From the NCBI RefSeq assembly GCF_009914755.1, contig NC_060936.1: a stretch of 64,000 bases of DNA; one strand, given 5' to 3'. Shown piece after piece: positions 1 to 29,555 of the stretch. The notes under the pieces were generated by a model, which was not told where the DNA came from, made no database searches, and saw only the letters and a program-made list of their open reading frames with translations. Numbering within the stretch: the first letter of the stretch is position 1; each line of letters opens with the position of its first letter. The position numbers and the translations under genes were made by a program. The DNA is from the human T2T-CHM13v2.0 reference genome, Homo sapiens.

Positions 1-5480
<5,480 letters not shown>

Positions 5481-5986
5481 GAAATTAACTCAAGATGGAT
5501 TAAAGACTTAAATGTAAGACCAAATCCATAAAATCCCTGGAAGAATACCTAGACAATATCATTCAGGACATGGGCATGGGCAAAACTTTATGACTAAAAC
5601 ACCAAAAGCAATTGCAAGAAAAGCCAAAATTGACAAATGGAATCTAATTAAACTAAAGAGCTTCTGCACAGTAAAAGACACTATCATTAGAGTGAACAGG
5701 CAACCAACAGAATGGGAGAAAATTTTTGCAATCTATCCATCTGACGAAATCTAATATCCAGAATCTACAAGTAACTTAAACAAATTTACAAGAAAATAAC
5801 AAACAACCATATCAAAAAGTGGGTGAAGGATATGAACAGACATATCTCAAAAAAAGACATTTATGTGTCCAACAAACATGAAAAAAAGCTCATCATCACT
5901 GATCATTACAGAAATGTAAATCAAAAACGCAATGAGATACCATCTCATGCCAGTTAGAATGGTGATTATTAAAAAGTCAGGAAACA

Positions 5987-6455
5987 GACTGGGCACAGTG
6001 GCTGATGCCTGTAATCCCAGCATTTTGGGAGGCCGAGGTGGGCAGATCACTTGAAGTCAGGAGTTTGAGACCAGCCTGACCCACATGGTGAAACCCTGTC
6101 TCTACTAAAAATACAACATTAGCTGGGCATGTTGGTGTATGAGTGTAATCCCAGCTACTCAGGAGACTGAGTATCACTGGAACCCGTGACGCAGAGGTTG
6201 CAGTGAACCCAGATTCCACAATTGCACTCCAGCCTGGGCAACAAAAACAAAACTCTGTCAAAAAAATATATATATATATACACAAAAATTAGCCAGTCAT
6301 GGTAGTACGCACCTGTAATCCCAGCTACTCAGGAGGCCGAAGCAGGAGAATCACTTGAACCCAGGAGGCAGAGGTTGCAGTGAGCTGAGATCGGGCCACT
6401 GCACTCCAGTCTGGGTGACAGAGCCAGACTCTGTCTCCAAAACAAACAAACAAAC
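5987..6455 (+). mobile_element. Composite Alu (left arm plus two right arms)
   Basis: Alu 5' end at 5987; right arm 1 to ~6267, then (TA)n, then right arm 2 at 6283-6455; TSD AAAAAGTCAG(G/A)AAACA at 5971-5986 and 6456-6471. Confidence 0.9.
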
Positions 6456-7003
6456 AAAAAGTCAGAAAACAACAGATGCTGGAGAGAATGTGGAGAAATA
6501 GGAACAGTTTTACACTGCTGGTGGGAGTGTAAATTAGTTCAACCATTGTGGAAGACTGTGTGGCAATTCCTCAAGGATCTAAAATCAGAAATATTATTTG
6601 ACCCAGCAATCCCATTACTGGGTATATACCCAAATGATTATAAATCTCTCTACTATAAAGACACATGCACGCGTATATTTATTGCAGCACTATTTACAAG
6701 ACCAAAGACTTGGAACCAACGAAATGCCCATCAATGATAGACTGGATAAAAAAAATGTGGGTATTTGGCGGGGAGGAGCCAAGATGGCCGAATAGGAACA
6801 GCTCCGGTCTACAGCTCCCAGCGTGAGCGACACAGAAGACGGGTGATTTCTGCATTTCCATCTGAAGTACCGGGTTCATCTCACTAGGGAGTGCCAGACA
6901 GTGGGCGCAGGCCAGTGGGTGCGCGCACCGTGCGCGAGCCAAAGCAGGGCGAGGCATTGCCTCACCTGGGAAGCGCAAGGGGTCAGGGAGTTCCCTTTCT
7001 GAG

Positions 7004-7219
7004 TCAAAGAAAGGGGTGACAGACGCACCTGGAAAATCGGGTCACTCCCACCCGAATATTGCGCTTTTCAGACCAGCTTAAAAAACGGTGCACCACGAGA
7101 CTATATCCCACACCTGGCTCGGAGGGTCCTACACCCACGGAATCTCGCTGATTGCTAGCACAGCAGTCTGAGATCAAACTGCAAGGCGGCAGCCAGGCTG
7201 GGGGAGGGGCGCGCGCCAT
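7004..7219 (-). CDS. ORF0: L1 antisense ORF0, intact 71 aa
   Basis: MARAPPPAWLPPCSLISDCCASNQRDSVGVGPSEPGVGYSLVV...HPFL matches primate L1 ORF0 in length, position (antisense in the 5'UTR) and sequence as I recall it. Expression is unknown. Confidence 0.75.
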   Translation of the reverse strand: MARAPPPAWLPPCSLISDCCASNQRDSVGVGPSEPGVGYSLVVHRFLSWSEKRNIRVGVTRFSRCVCHPFL

Positions 7220-7674
7220 TGCCCAGGCTTGCTTAGGTAAACAAAGCAGCCAGGAAGCTCAAACTGGGTGGAGCCCACCACAGCTCAAGGAGGCCTGCCT
7301 GCCTCTGTAGGCTCCACCTCTGCGGGCAGGGCACAGACAAACAAAAAGACAGCAGTAACCTCTGCAGACTTAAGTGTCCCTGTCTGACAGCTTTGAAGAG
7401 AGCAGTGGTTCTCCCAGCACGCAGCTGGAGATCTGAGAATGGGCAGACTGCCTCCTCAAGTGGGTCCCAGACCCCTGACCCCTGAGCAGCCTAACTGGGA
7501 GGCACCCCCCAGCAAGGGCACACTGACACCTCACACGGCAGGGTATTCCAACAGACCTGCAGCTGAGGGTCCTGTCTGTTAGAAGGAAAACTAACAAACA
7601 GAAAGGACATCCACACCAAAAACCCATCTGTACATCACCATCATCAAAGACCAAAAGTAGATAAAACCACAAAG

Positions 7675-8691
7675 ATGGGGAAAAAACAGAACAGAAAAAC
7701 TGGAAACTCTAAAATGTAGAGTGCCTCTCCTCCTCCAAAGGAAAGCAGTTCCTCACCAGCAACGGAAAAAAGCTGGATGGAGAATGATTTTGATGAGCTG
7801 AGAGAGGAAGGCTTCAGACGATCAAATTACTCTGAGCTACAGGAGGACATTCAAACCAAAGGCAAAGAAGTTGAAAACTTTGAAAAAAATTTAGAAGAAT
7901 GTATAACTAGAATAACCAATACAGAGAAGTGCTTAAAGGAGCTGATGGAGCTGAAAACCAAGGCTCGAGAACTACGTGAAGAATGCAGAAGCCTCAGGAG
8001 CCGATGCGATCAACTGGAAGAAAGGGTATCAGCAATGGAAGATGAAATGAATGAAATGAAGCGAGAAGGGAAGTTTAGAGAAAAAAGAATAAAAAGAAAT
8101 GAGCAAAGCCTCCAAGAAATATGGGACTATGTGAAAAGACCAAATCTATGTCTGATTGGTGTACCTGAAAGTGACAGGGAGAATGGAACCAAGTTGGAAA
8201 ACACTCTGCAGGATATTATCCAGGAGAACTTCCCCAATCTAGCAAGGCAGGCCAACGTTCAGATTCAGGAAATACAGAGAATGCCACAAAGATACTCCTC
8301 GAGAAGAGCAACTCCAAGACACATAATTGTCAGATTCACCAAAGTTGAAATGAAGGAAAAAATGTTAAGGGCAGCCAGAGAGAAAGGTCGGGTTACCCTC
8401 AAAGGGAAGCCCATCAGACTAACAGCGGATCTCTCGGCAGAAACCCTACAAGCCAGAAGAGAGTGGGGGCCAATATTCAACATCCTTAAAGAAAAGAATT
8501 TTCAACCCAGAATTTCATATCCAGCCAAACTAAGCTTCATAAGTGAAGGAGAAATAAAATACTTTACAGACAAGCAAATGCTGAGAGATTTTGTCGCCAC
8601 CAGGCCTGCCCTAAAAGAGCTCCTGAAGGAAGCGCTAAACATGGAAAGGAACAACCGGTACCAGCCGTTGCAAAATCATGCCAAAATGTAA
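7675..8691 (+). pseudogene. L1 ORF1p (338 codons) with a nonsense codon at position 15
   Basis: ATG at 7675; TAG at 7717-7719; otherwise open from M35 (7777) to the normal stop at 8691. Confidence 0.92.
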
Positions 8692-8754
8692 AGACCATTG
8701 AGACTAGGAAGAAACTGCATCAACTAACGAGCAAAATCACCAGCTAACATCATA

Positions 8755-12580
<3,826 letters not shown>

Positions 12581-13225
12581 ACAATGAGATCACATGGACA
12601 CAGGAAGGGGAATATCACACTCTGGGGACTGTGGTGGGGAGGGGGGAGGGGGGAGGGATAGCTTTGGGAGATATACCTAATGCTAGATGAGGAGTTAGTG
12701 GGTGCAGCACACCAGCATGGCACATGTATACATATGTAACTAACCTGCACATTGTGCACATGTACCCTAAAACTTAAAGTATAATTAAAAAAAATAAATA
12801 AATAATTTAAAAAAAAAGAAAAAAAAATGTGGCACATATACACCTTGGAATACTATGCAGCTATAAAAAAGGATGAGTTCGTGTTCTTTGCAGGGACATG
12901 GATGAATCTGGAAACCATGATTCTCAGCAAAGTAACACAGGAACAGAAAACCAAACACCACATGTTCTTACTCATAAGTGGGAGTTGAACAATGAGAACA
13001 CAGGGACACAGGGAGGGGAGCATCACACACCAGGGGATGTCGGGGAGCAGGAGGCAAGGGGAGGGATAGCATTAGGAGAAATACCTAATGCATGCCAGGC
13101 TGAAAACCTAGATGATGGGTTGATGGGTGCAGCAAACCACCATGGCACATGTATACCTATGTGACAAACCTGCACCTTCTGCACATGTATCCCAGAACTT
13201 AAAGTATAATAAAAAAGAAAAGAAA

Positions 13226-13965
13226 GGAAAGCCACAAAGAAATACCATCTTACCTCAGTCAGAATGACTATGATTAAAAGCGTGAAAAATAACAGCTGTT
13301 GGCAAGGATATGGAGAAAGGAGAACTCTTATACACCCCTGGTGGGAATGTTAATTAGTACAGCTTCTATAGAAAACAGTGTGATTTCTCAAAAACTAAAA
13401 CTAGAACTATATTTCCATTGAGCAATCCTACAACTGGGTATCTCCCCAAAGGAAAAGTAGTCAATGTATCAAACACATACCTTGACCTGTATGTTTATTG
13501 TAGCAACATTCACAGGAACAAAGATATTGAATCAACCTAAGTGTCCATTAATGAATGATTTGATTAAAAATGTAATTATGTATACCCAATGCCATATCAC
13601 TCAATCATAAAGAGAGAATGAAATCACATATTTTGTGGCAATATGGATGGAACTGGGGGTCATTTTCTTAAGCAAAACAGGCTAGATACAGAAAATGAAA
13701 TATAACACGCTCTCACTTGTAAGTGGTTGCTAAAGAATGTGTTTGCACAGATGAAGAGAGTGAAATAATACACAATGAAGACTGGGAAGTTGGGGAGGCA
13801 CTTGCCACACTTGAGCAGTTGAGCAGTAGGATATTAATTAATAAATGCAGATTTTGTTATTGAATAATGAATACTCTAATGTCATGGCTTAAGCACTATG
13901 TAATCTATTTAACAAAACCAAACTTGTAATACATACATTTGTGCAAATAAACATTTTTTAAAATT
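13226..13965 (+). mobile_element. Ancient L1 3' end (L1MA/L1PB-like)
   Basis: Highly diverged ORF2 C-terminus (ATACCATCTTACCTCAGTCAGAATGACT..., CAACCTAAGTGTCCATTAATG) followed by 3'UTR. Confidence 0.7.
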
Positions 13966-13989
13966 AACAGAAACTCTAGGCATACTGCT

Positions 13990-15000
13990 CCCCCATCCTC
14001 ACCATTAAAAAGAAGAGGCAATGACCAGTGTGGCCACAGCAGAATGAACTAGGTATAGAGCAGCCACCAATTCCAGAGATAGTTAGGGCTCAATACATAG
14101 GACTTCAGCATAGTTAAATAATTAGCATTTTGTTCTTAGAGAGTAAAAGTGTGGCCATCAACTGGAAAACATAGAAAAGTAATATAATTTTTAAATGGCC
14201 AAGGTGGGTAATTGATTGTTGGGAAATAAATAGAACTATTTGGTGTAAACTGCAGATGAGGCTTGCTTAGATGGGCTGATAGAGATGAAAATGATGAAAC
14301 TGGCTGCAGTAGGAAATTGTTTTGAAGCTTGAATTTCACAATGATAACATAGCTGATTTGACTAGATGTAATGTGATGTAAGAGGAAAAGAGAAGAGTCT
14401 AGAATAAATCCTAGTTTCCTTAATTAATTAGATGAATAATTTACCAAGACCAAATAGAGTTGGAAGAGGAGTAACTTTGTAGTTACAGGAGGGAAGAGGC
14501 AGAGGTAGGAGAAACCCGAGGAGAGAGTGGGAGGTTCCCGGAAAGATTGATAGAGTGTTCCCAAAAGAACTGTAGGATCAATGGTGTTAAACTGCCAAGG
14601 GGTCACAGGAGATGCAGGACTGATAATCGATTCCTGAAATGAGTGGAATGCAGGCAGTAGATGACCTTGACAGACTTGGAGTGGAAAGAACAAAAGCATC
14701 TTTAATGTGTGTTTAAAAAGAAAATGGAAGGGAGGGGATGGGGAAATAATCACATACATATGTTTCAAGAACTTTTGCAATAAAAATGGCAGACAAATAA
14801 TAGGGTAGGAAAGAAACACTAAGAGTCTTAGCAAAACCTCTGTAAAAATGGGTGATGTTTCAGCAGGCTTTTGCTGATTGAGGTAATCCCATAGAGCATA
14901 GATGTAAGAATCAGGAGACAAAAGGGTCACATACAGAAGCAAAATCCTTGACTGGGTAATGTGGTTCAGAATCAAGAGGAAAGGTAAGAGATAGGGGTAG
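13990..15000 (-). mobile_element. Degraded L2-like sequence
   Basis: Purine-rich pattern typical of antisense L2 (GATGACCTTGACAGA...TTTCAAGAACTTTTGC...AAATAATAGGGTAG). Confidence 0.5.
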
Positions 15001-15708
15001 GGAGCCTTCAACTATGATAATAGGAGAGAAGTCAGAGAACTGGGATTGAACTGAATGTGGGTTGCTCAACTTGGTGGTGGTTACAGTGAGATCCTTCTAT
15101 TCTGAAATTTCTGAAATTCATAGTGAATTATCTGAGGCTATCGGTGGGCACAGGGGCAGTTTTCTAATATTGAACCTTCCTTGCTTGAGAAGCAGACATG
15201 CCAATCTCTGCAAGGTTTTTGGTACGTATGTTATCTGAATAGTCTCCATATTCTAAGGTAGTTGTTTTGATTCTTCTCATTGTAGATGAGGAAATTGAAG
15301 CTCTGAGAGACCAAGTAGCTTTTTAAGAGTTCAGGCTAGCAAGAAAGAGTTATGTCTTAACTAAAATCTGAGAGTGTCCCAATTCTTTGCTCCTAAAAGT
15401 CATGCTGCCTCCTTGATGAAATCCATTCAGGTTTCATTAAAGAAAGGTGAGGAACATAGGGAGGGAGGGAAGTGATCACTGTTAAAATAGGGTCAATGGG
15501 ATAGAGAGGGCTCTGGGAATAAGAAGCATAGAACCCTGTTTGTTCCCTTGAAACCAAACTCAGTTTCTTAGAAATTATAAGGATTTCTTTTAGTTTCTGT
15601 GACTTATTTTCCATTTGTTGTGGTTTTTGTCCTTAAAATTACTGGAATATCAGTAAACAATCTGAAAATAATTTTAGATTTTCAATTTGTGCTGTAGAAG
15701 TCAGGGAG

Positions 15709-16010
15709 GAGCCAGGTGTGGTGGCTCATGCCTGTAATCCCAACACATTTGGAGGCCAAGGCAAGCGGATGACCTGAAGTCAGAATTTCTAGCCTAGCCT
15801 GGCCAACAGGGTGAAAACGCATCTCAACTAAAATTACAAAAATTACCCAGGTGTGATGGTGGGAACCTGTAATCCCAGCTACTGTGAAGGGTGAGGCAGG
15901 AGAATAGCTTGAACCCAGGAGGTGCAGGTTGCAGTTAGCCAAGATCACGCCACTGCATTCCAACCTAGGTGATAGAGCAAGACTCCATCTCAGAAAAAGA
16001 AAAAAAAATT
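15709..16010 (+). mobile_element. Alu (AluS-like) just 3' of PRB4
   Basis: Full dimer with A-tail; TSD GAAGTCAGGGA on both sides; paralogous copy at 60523. Confidence 0.9.
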
Positions 16011-16189
16011 GAAGTCAGGGAAAGAGATAAACAGCAAAACATTTTTCATGGCAGCTGGCTAAGTTAGGATTAAAGAGAAGGGAAACTCCCTGGAAGCATC
16101 AGACAGAAGGGGTCCTAGATGTTCTTATAATGTGTTCTTGGTCCTCACATTCCACATTCACAAACACTGAGAAAGAACACCACAATCAG

Positions 16190-16311
16190 AAATTGCAAGC
16201 TGATTATTTTATTGGTATATTAAAGTTAGAGCTATGATGAACTTGTTCCAATGTCACGGCATTTGTAGCAATTGAATTATTTGAATTCACTGATATCTTC
16301 TTATTCACTTC
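16190..16311 (-). other. PRB4: PRB4 exon 4 (non-coding 3'UTR)
   Basis: Acceptor TTTATTTCAG|GAAGTG at 16312/16311; conserved with PRB1 exon 4; the 3' end is approximate. Confidence 0.8.
16208..16213 (-). terminator. PRB4 polyadenylation signal AATAAA
   Basis: TTTATT on + strand, conserved at 61020-61025 in PRB1; GT-rich sequence lies downstream on the minus strand. Confidence 0.8.
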
Positions 16312-17332
16312 CTGAAATAAACAAACAAGCAAGTTCATAGATTCACTCTTTTGATGCCCTTGCACACAATGTGCTCCAAATTGTGGCTTAGAAGATGAAG
16401 AGAAAAGATCATCCTTAGGTTGCTGTGACTCATTCCTGTTGAATTTGTTCAGGGATATATTTACACAGATGGTAACTGGAACATATTCTATAATACTGAG
16501 AAGCTAAAACCACCCTCAGTGTCCAGTGACAGGGATTGGTTAACGAAATCATGGCACAGCTACACAATAGAGTAGTATAAAAATGTAAAAGCAAACAGAA
16601 AACCACTGAAGATATGTAGTGACCTTCATAAACTGATGTGGAAATTTTAAAAAAATGTATTTTTTAAATGACTAACATATATACCTGCATATAAGTTATG
16701 GCATTAGTGGTAGGGTAAAAGAATGCTATATGTCTATGCACACATAAATATTTCAAAGAAAAGATCCCATAAGGTTAACAGTGGGAGCTTTTTGAAGGAA
16801 GGAAGGTGGGTAGGATGTGTTATGCCTTTAAAATTAGCTTCATATTTTTCCATTCCATTAGATATTTTTTGTTAGCTTAATCATGTACGTATTGAAAAGT
16901 TAAGTATCTAAAAAGTGACACGCCATTTAGCTGCTGAAAGATCAGGGACCATTTGGCAGGAATACTGGACTCGAGAGGCTGGTGTGAGGCAGGACTGAGC
17001 AAATGGTGCTCAGGTGAAAACTTTAAATGGGAGGTCTCTGAGTTAGTGGATAGAAAACAGAACGCCAAGAATGAACATGGTACTACCTCCTCATTGCCAA
17101 CACAATTTAAGACAGATCATATGGTATGTTGTTTCTCAACATCAGAATTCCTTAAAGATTTTGTTAGAAATACAGGGTCCCCTTACCCTATTCCAGAGTA
17201 TCTGAATACAAATTTTTAGAAATGGGTTCTAGGACAATACAATGTCAATGGGTTTTAGTTGATTCATTGGCACAATAAAGTTGGAGAACTGTAGCAATTA
17301 GAGTCCTGATGAATAATAAAGTGGAATCATAC

Positions 17333-19572
<2,240 letters not shown>

Positions 19573-19630
19573 CTCGCTGGAGGCTCTGGAGTCACTCCCA
19601 ACTCTGTGCTGGGAGGAACGTGGCAACTCC

Positions 19631-19640
19631 CTTTATAAAG
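19631..19640 (-). promoter_or_regulatory. PRB4 TATA box
   Basis: TATAAA (19637-19632) within palindromic CTTTATAAAG, 60 nt upstream of the ATG. Confidence 0.8.
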
Positions 19641-22479
19641 AGGAGCAAAACAATGGCACCTTTGAGCCCTGGGTGGGCCTCACCACCTCAGAGACTGGGT
19701 TCTGCTTTCCTTACTGCAGGTCAGGTGTATCCCTTATTTCTCTTTGGGACTCTAGCCCAGAGGGATGGGGTGGGTTGGATGTTGTTTGTGCCTTATTTCT
19801 AAAAGGTACGACTATGACTTGAATAAAGGTTCTAAAGGAACTGTGTCCAAGCTATCAGCACTGTGTCATAATTGAACTTCAGACATCATTAGAGTTTCAA
19901 TCCTTTTGGTAAGACTATGTCTGCTTTCCACTCTACTATTTATTTCTGTGTAATATTTGTGGGGGCAGTGAAGCTACAGCCAGCAGTGAAGATGGTCAAT
20001 TTCTCTGGCTCTTTATAGAGCCTATTTCCATCTCTTGTGATGTGTGTGTACAGATAGTATCACAATTGGCTAAAGTTTTGATGCGATAGAGATGGTTTCT
20101 GTTACCTGTGTGATGGTGTGAAGACAACACACTCCTGGGCACACATAGATGACAGAAAGCTGACCCACAGCCTGCTCGGGCTACAACTATTGTTCAAGCT
20201 TCTGTGGATCTGACTCAGCTCAGGCAAGGCTTGTTGTTGTGCCACACAGGAAGGCCAAAATTGTGTATTTTAAAGTACCTTTAGGGGTTATTAATGCAAA
20301 ATGTACACAGAAACCATAAGGAAATTTCTAGATCTGAGAAAACTGAATACATAATTCCTTGCGGGAGCCATGCGATATCATGTTGCCAAAACTTCCTTCA
20401 TGCTCTTCCCTTTGTCCAGAATATTCTATAATATTCACCCTCTGCTTCATTTCTTTTAATAATTGTATTGAATTCCTACCACTTATAATTAAGTGGCTAC
20501 AATTCTACATTCAAATAGGATAATCAGATACCCTCGTTAAAGCCTAAATTGCATTCTATTGGTATTCTTGGTTTAGTCAGTATTTGTGTTACCTGTTTTC
20601 TCAGATTGTTCTTCCACAAAGAGTATTTTTCTATAATATTCTGATATGCATTCCTCCCCACCTTCTTTCTGGTTCTTCTTTGTTCATATTTTATTTTCTG
20701 AGTCAAGCCCATTATGTGTATTTTTCTTTATGTATCTGGCTTTTTTCCCCATGAATTTGGTGAGATTTCCTTTATTTAATCTTCTAAGTATTAGGATATA
20801 GTACTTACCATCTTTGTTTCATTCTTGTCTGTGTAATTTCATAATACGTGTTGTGTTTCCAAAAAGCCCTATCAGAGACCTGCATTGTTAGCACTTCTTT
20901 CAGCTACTGATTCTTCGTTATATCTGATAAATACCTGCTTATCAGTTCATGGAATATACAGGTTACTCAGTATCAACAGCTGCCATTTACCACTTAGACC
21001 TTCCATGTGTCTTGTGTAATTGTTCACATTTTGTGCATGGCTGGTATTAATTTGAGAACACCTTGGTTGGAGGTATGATGGAGGTAGAGAGGGTATGTGA
21101 CAGTAAATCCTAAAGACAGGCCTCTTGAACATTGTGGATGAGTAGATCCTGGGCTTTGCAGATGAGAATCTGGGTGGCCCTTCTGAAGAGTTGCAGGTAA
21201 TAGTACAAGCAGACTTCCTAATAAAAAAGGCTTTGCTACAGATAACTTTGCCCTTGCAAGGGAACCACGAAGATTGGTATTTTCCCTGACAAAAATATAC
21301 ACGTACTTGAAATGGGAATACAACTGGAGATGAGCAATCCTGCTTAGGTGGCTTAAGTTAGACCATCAGGTAACAAAGGAATGTCAGAGAAAAGGAGCAG
21401 CAGAGGCCAGGCTGACATTGCCTGATATTGTCACCAACTGAGGTTGCTGCAGCCTGATGCAAGACGGACTTCCCCTTGGCAGGAAGGTACAGGAAGAGAA
21501 TGAAAACCCCCCTAAAGATCACTCATTTCAGGCCCTTTCCTGACCTTCTCCAATGTCAGCAATGAGTAAAGTTTATCAGGAAAGCATAAATATCAGCTAT
21601 GCACTCACCAGACAAAACAAAAAAGAGGTGATGGAAATGCGGAAAGGGACACTCTCTGTGGGTGAGGGTGGGTGGAAGAGAGAAGCAGGACTGCAGCAGG
21701 AACTTGGGCACCTAGACGTGAGTGGAAGCCCTGAGCACTCCACTTGCCTTCTAATATCCATGTTCATATTCTCAGGTCCTGAAGGAACAGCCTTCAACAT
21801 ATGAAATTTTAGGAAACACAATTCAGCTCTCATAACAGCTCCCAACCTTTTCTAAGTCAAGTGTTCAGTGGTTCAAAACTCCTCACTCCCTTCAGGCACT
21901 GCCCTTTAGCAAATCCAGTTTCCTCCACTTTCAACACTCATCCCAAATACAACCACTTGCATAATATTTACTAGAAGGTGATAGTTCAGGCCATGATGCT
22001 CTCTCCTGAAGAAGTTTAATATCCTCAGTGCTCTTGGTAACATTCCTACCCCAGCACATCCCATATCCATTCCCCTCATATCAGTCAGGGTGATCATTGA
22101 AAAGTAGGAATTAGATCATAACACTTTTGTGCTTCCAATGCTCTTAGGATTTTCTTCTGCACTTGTAATAAGATCCAAACTTCATGCCTCAGCTCTCTCA
22201 CACTCACACATCTCTCTCTTTTTGAAGACTTGGAAGCTCTGTGAATGGAACAGAAAGCAAAATCTTCCTCAACTTACTGTGTTCATTGCATAAACCAACC
22301 ATTCTGGTAATACAGTTGTGTGTGAGAATTCAGATTTGTGTTGACTTTTCTAAAAACTTCGGTTACATTGGTAGGATGGTCATCTTTATATTTTTATTTG
22401 ATGTTGATGCTCTCTAATATGTATATTTCACAACTATTTGAGCATATTTATATTCTTTCCATTTATCCTAGCAAAGGCT

Positions 22480-22690
22480 GATTATAATAGAAAACATTTC
22501 TTCAGCATTTACTATATGATATTCAATCTTCAGAACCATCATATGAGGGAGATGTGATGATTATTATTATCTTAATTTTGTAGATGAGGTGACTTAGGTG
22601 CATGCCTAGGTTCATATAAAGGTAGTAAGTGGACTGGAAGGCAGTTAGTTCTCATAGCTGAGTTCTTGCCTATTGTGCTCCACTGGTTAC
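22480..22690. mobile_element. MIR-like SINE remnant (paralogous copy at ~52090-52300)
   Basis: ATTATTATCTTAATTTTGTAGATGAGG...AAGGTAGTAAGTGG MIR core. Confidence 0.55.
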
Positions 22691-23689
22691 TTGGTCTTCA
22701 TTCATTTCTTTACAAGAATGTGAAAGGAAAGGAGATTCAGAGAATAAAAACAAGTTTCTCTTACAATATTTTCAAGGTTATGTTTTCCTGAGACATAAAC
22801 AGCTGAGGTGAGGAAAAATATATTTTCCTGAGTAAACATGTTTGTTTAAAATCATAATCACATTTAAACATCTTCCAGTATTCTGTTTTACCCCTTGGAT
22901 TTATATAAAGACACTCAGAGGAATTAATTCCTTTTTTTCTAATTACAAAACCCTGCCAATATAGATCCTGTATGTACTTCCTTAATCCATGATACGTGCA
23001 TTTTTCTTGGGTGACATATTGGCATTGGCAAAATATGTGTATGCCCTTTTAAATTTACTAAATTTGATCCTTCTAATCACAATGATTCTAAAATTCTAGA
23101 AATCCAAGAGGGAGTCTGTTCAGAGAGTTCTCTAAGAAAGGATAAATTGTATACCACTTACACAGCTTTCAGTCTTCTGCATGAAGATATCTCCTGTGTC
23201 CTGGCCCCAGAGCTGGTGTACTGTCCTGAGTGGTTGGGGCCACAGAAGGCATTGGTCATCAGCCTAAGGTCAAGTGTCTGCAGCCTCAGCTCACCACTGT
23301 TATCACAATGTCAGAGTGTATTCTTCACCTTTCAGTTACACTTCCTAGCAGTTCATAGAGAAGTACAATCACAACTTATCTCATAAGAAATACAAAGCAA
23401 TGTATATCACCCTCATACTTTTCTGATGATGTACCAAGTCCGTAAGCTGATACATTTAAAACAGGAATTTCATTAAAGTGATTAATCAATGACTCACTTA
23501 TTAAACAGATAAACCTGTACCTATCTCTTACAAAAGATGTTGTCTCTTCTGCTTAAGAACCACAAATTATTGTTTATTTCATTGATTTTGAAGTCCACAT
23601 GTGAGCATATTTATCATCTTGGAAATTGTTTTTAAAATAATGATCATGACAGAATCATTCATCTAATATTTTCTTCTTACAATGGTACC

Positions 23690-23890
23690 TTGACATCCTT
23701 TCTTGAAGGGGTGAGGTCTTCTTACCCCCTTTAATTGGGGTAGAACTTCGTTACTGCCATGACCAGTAGATTATATCAGAAGTGATACTTTGTGACTTTT
23801 GAGTCTAGATCATAGAAATGCCATGCAATTCTAAATTATTATTTATGGAACCTGCCACATGCTGTGAGGAAGCCCATGCTGTGAGACAGA
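23690..23890 (+). mobile_element. MLT1-type MaLR LTR fragment
   Basis: CAGAAGTGATACTTTGTGACTTTTGAGTCTAGATCATAG...GCCACATGCTGTGAGGAAGCCC. Confidence 0.5.
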
Positions 23891-23917
23891 GATAGAACAT
23901 TCATTTAAAAAATGATT

Positions 23918-29555
<5,638 letters not shown>

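Noticed and set aside
14424-15011. 195-aa minus-strand ORF
   Set aside because: It lies in degraded L2-like sequence, has a non-ATG start, and its paralogue at 59513-59824 is truncated.
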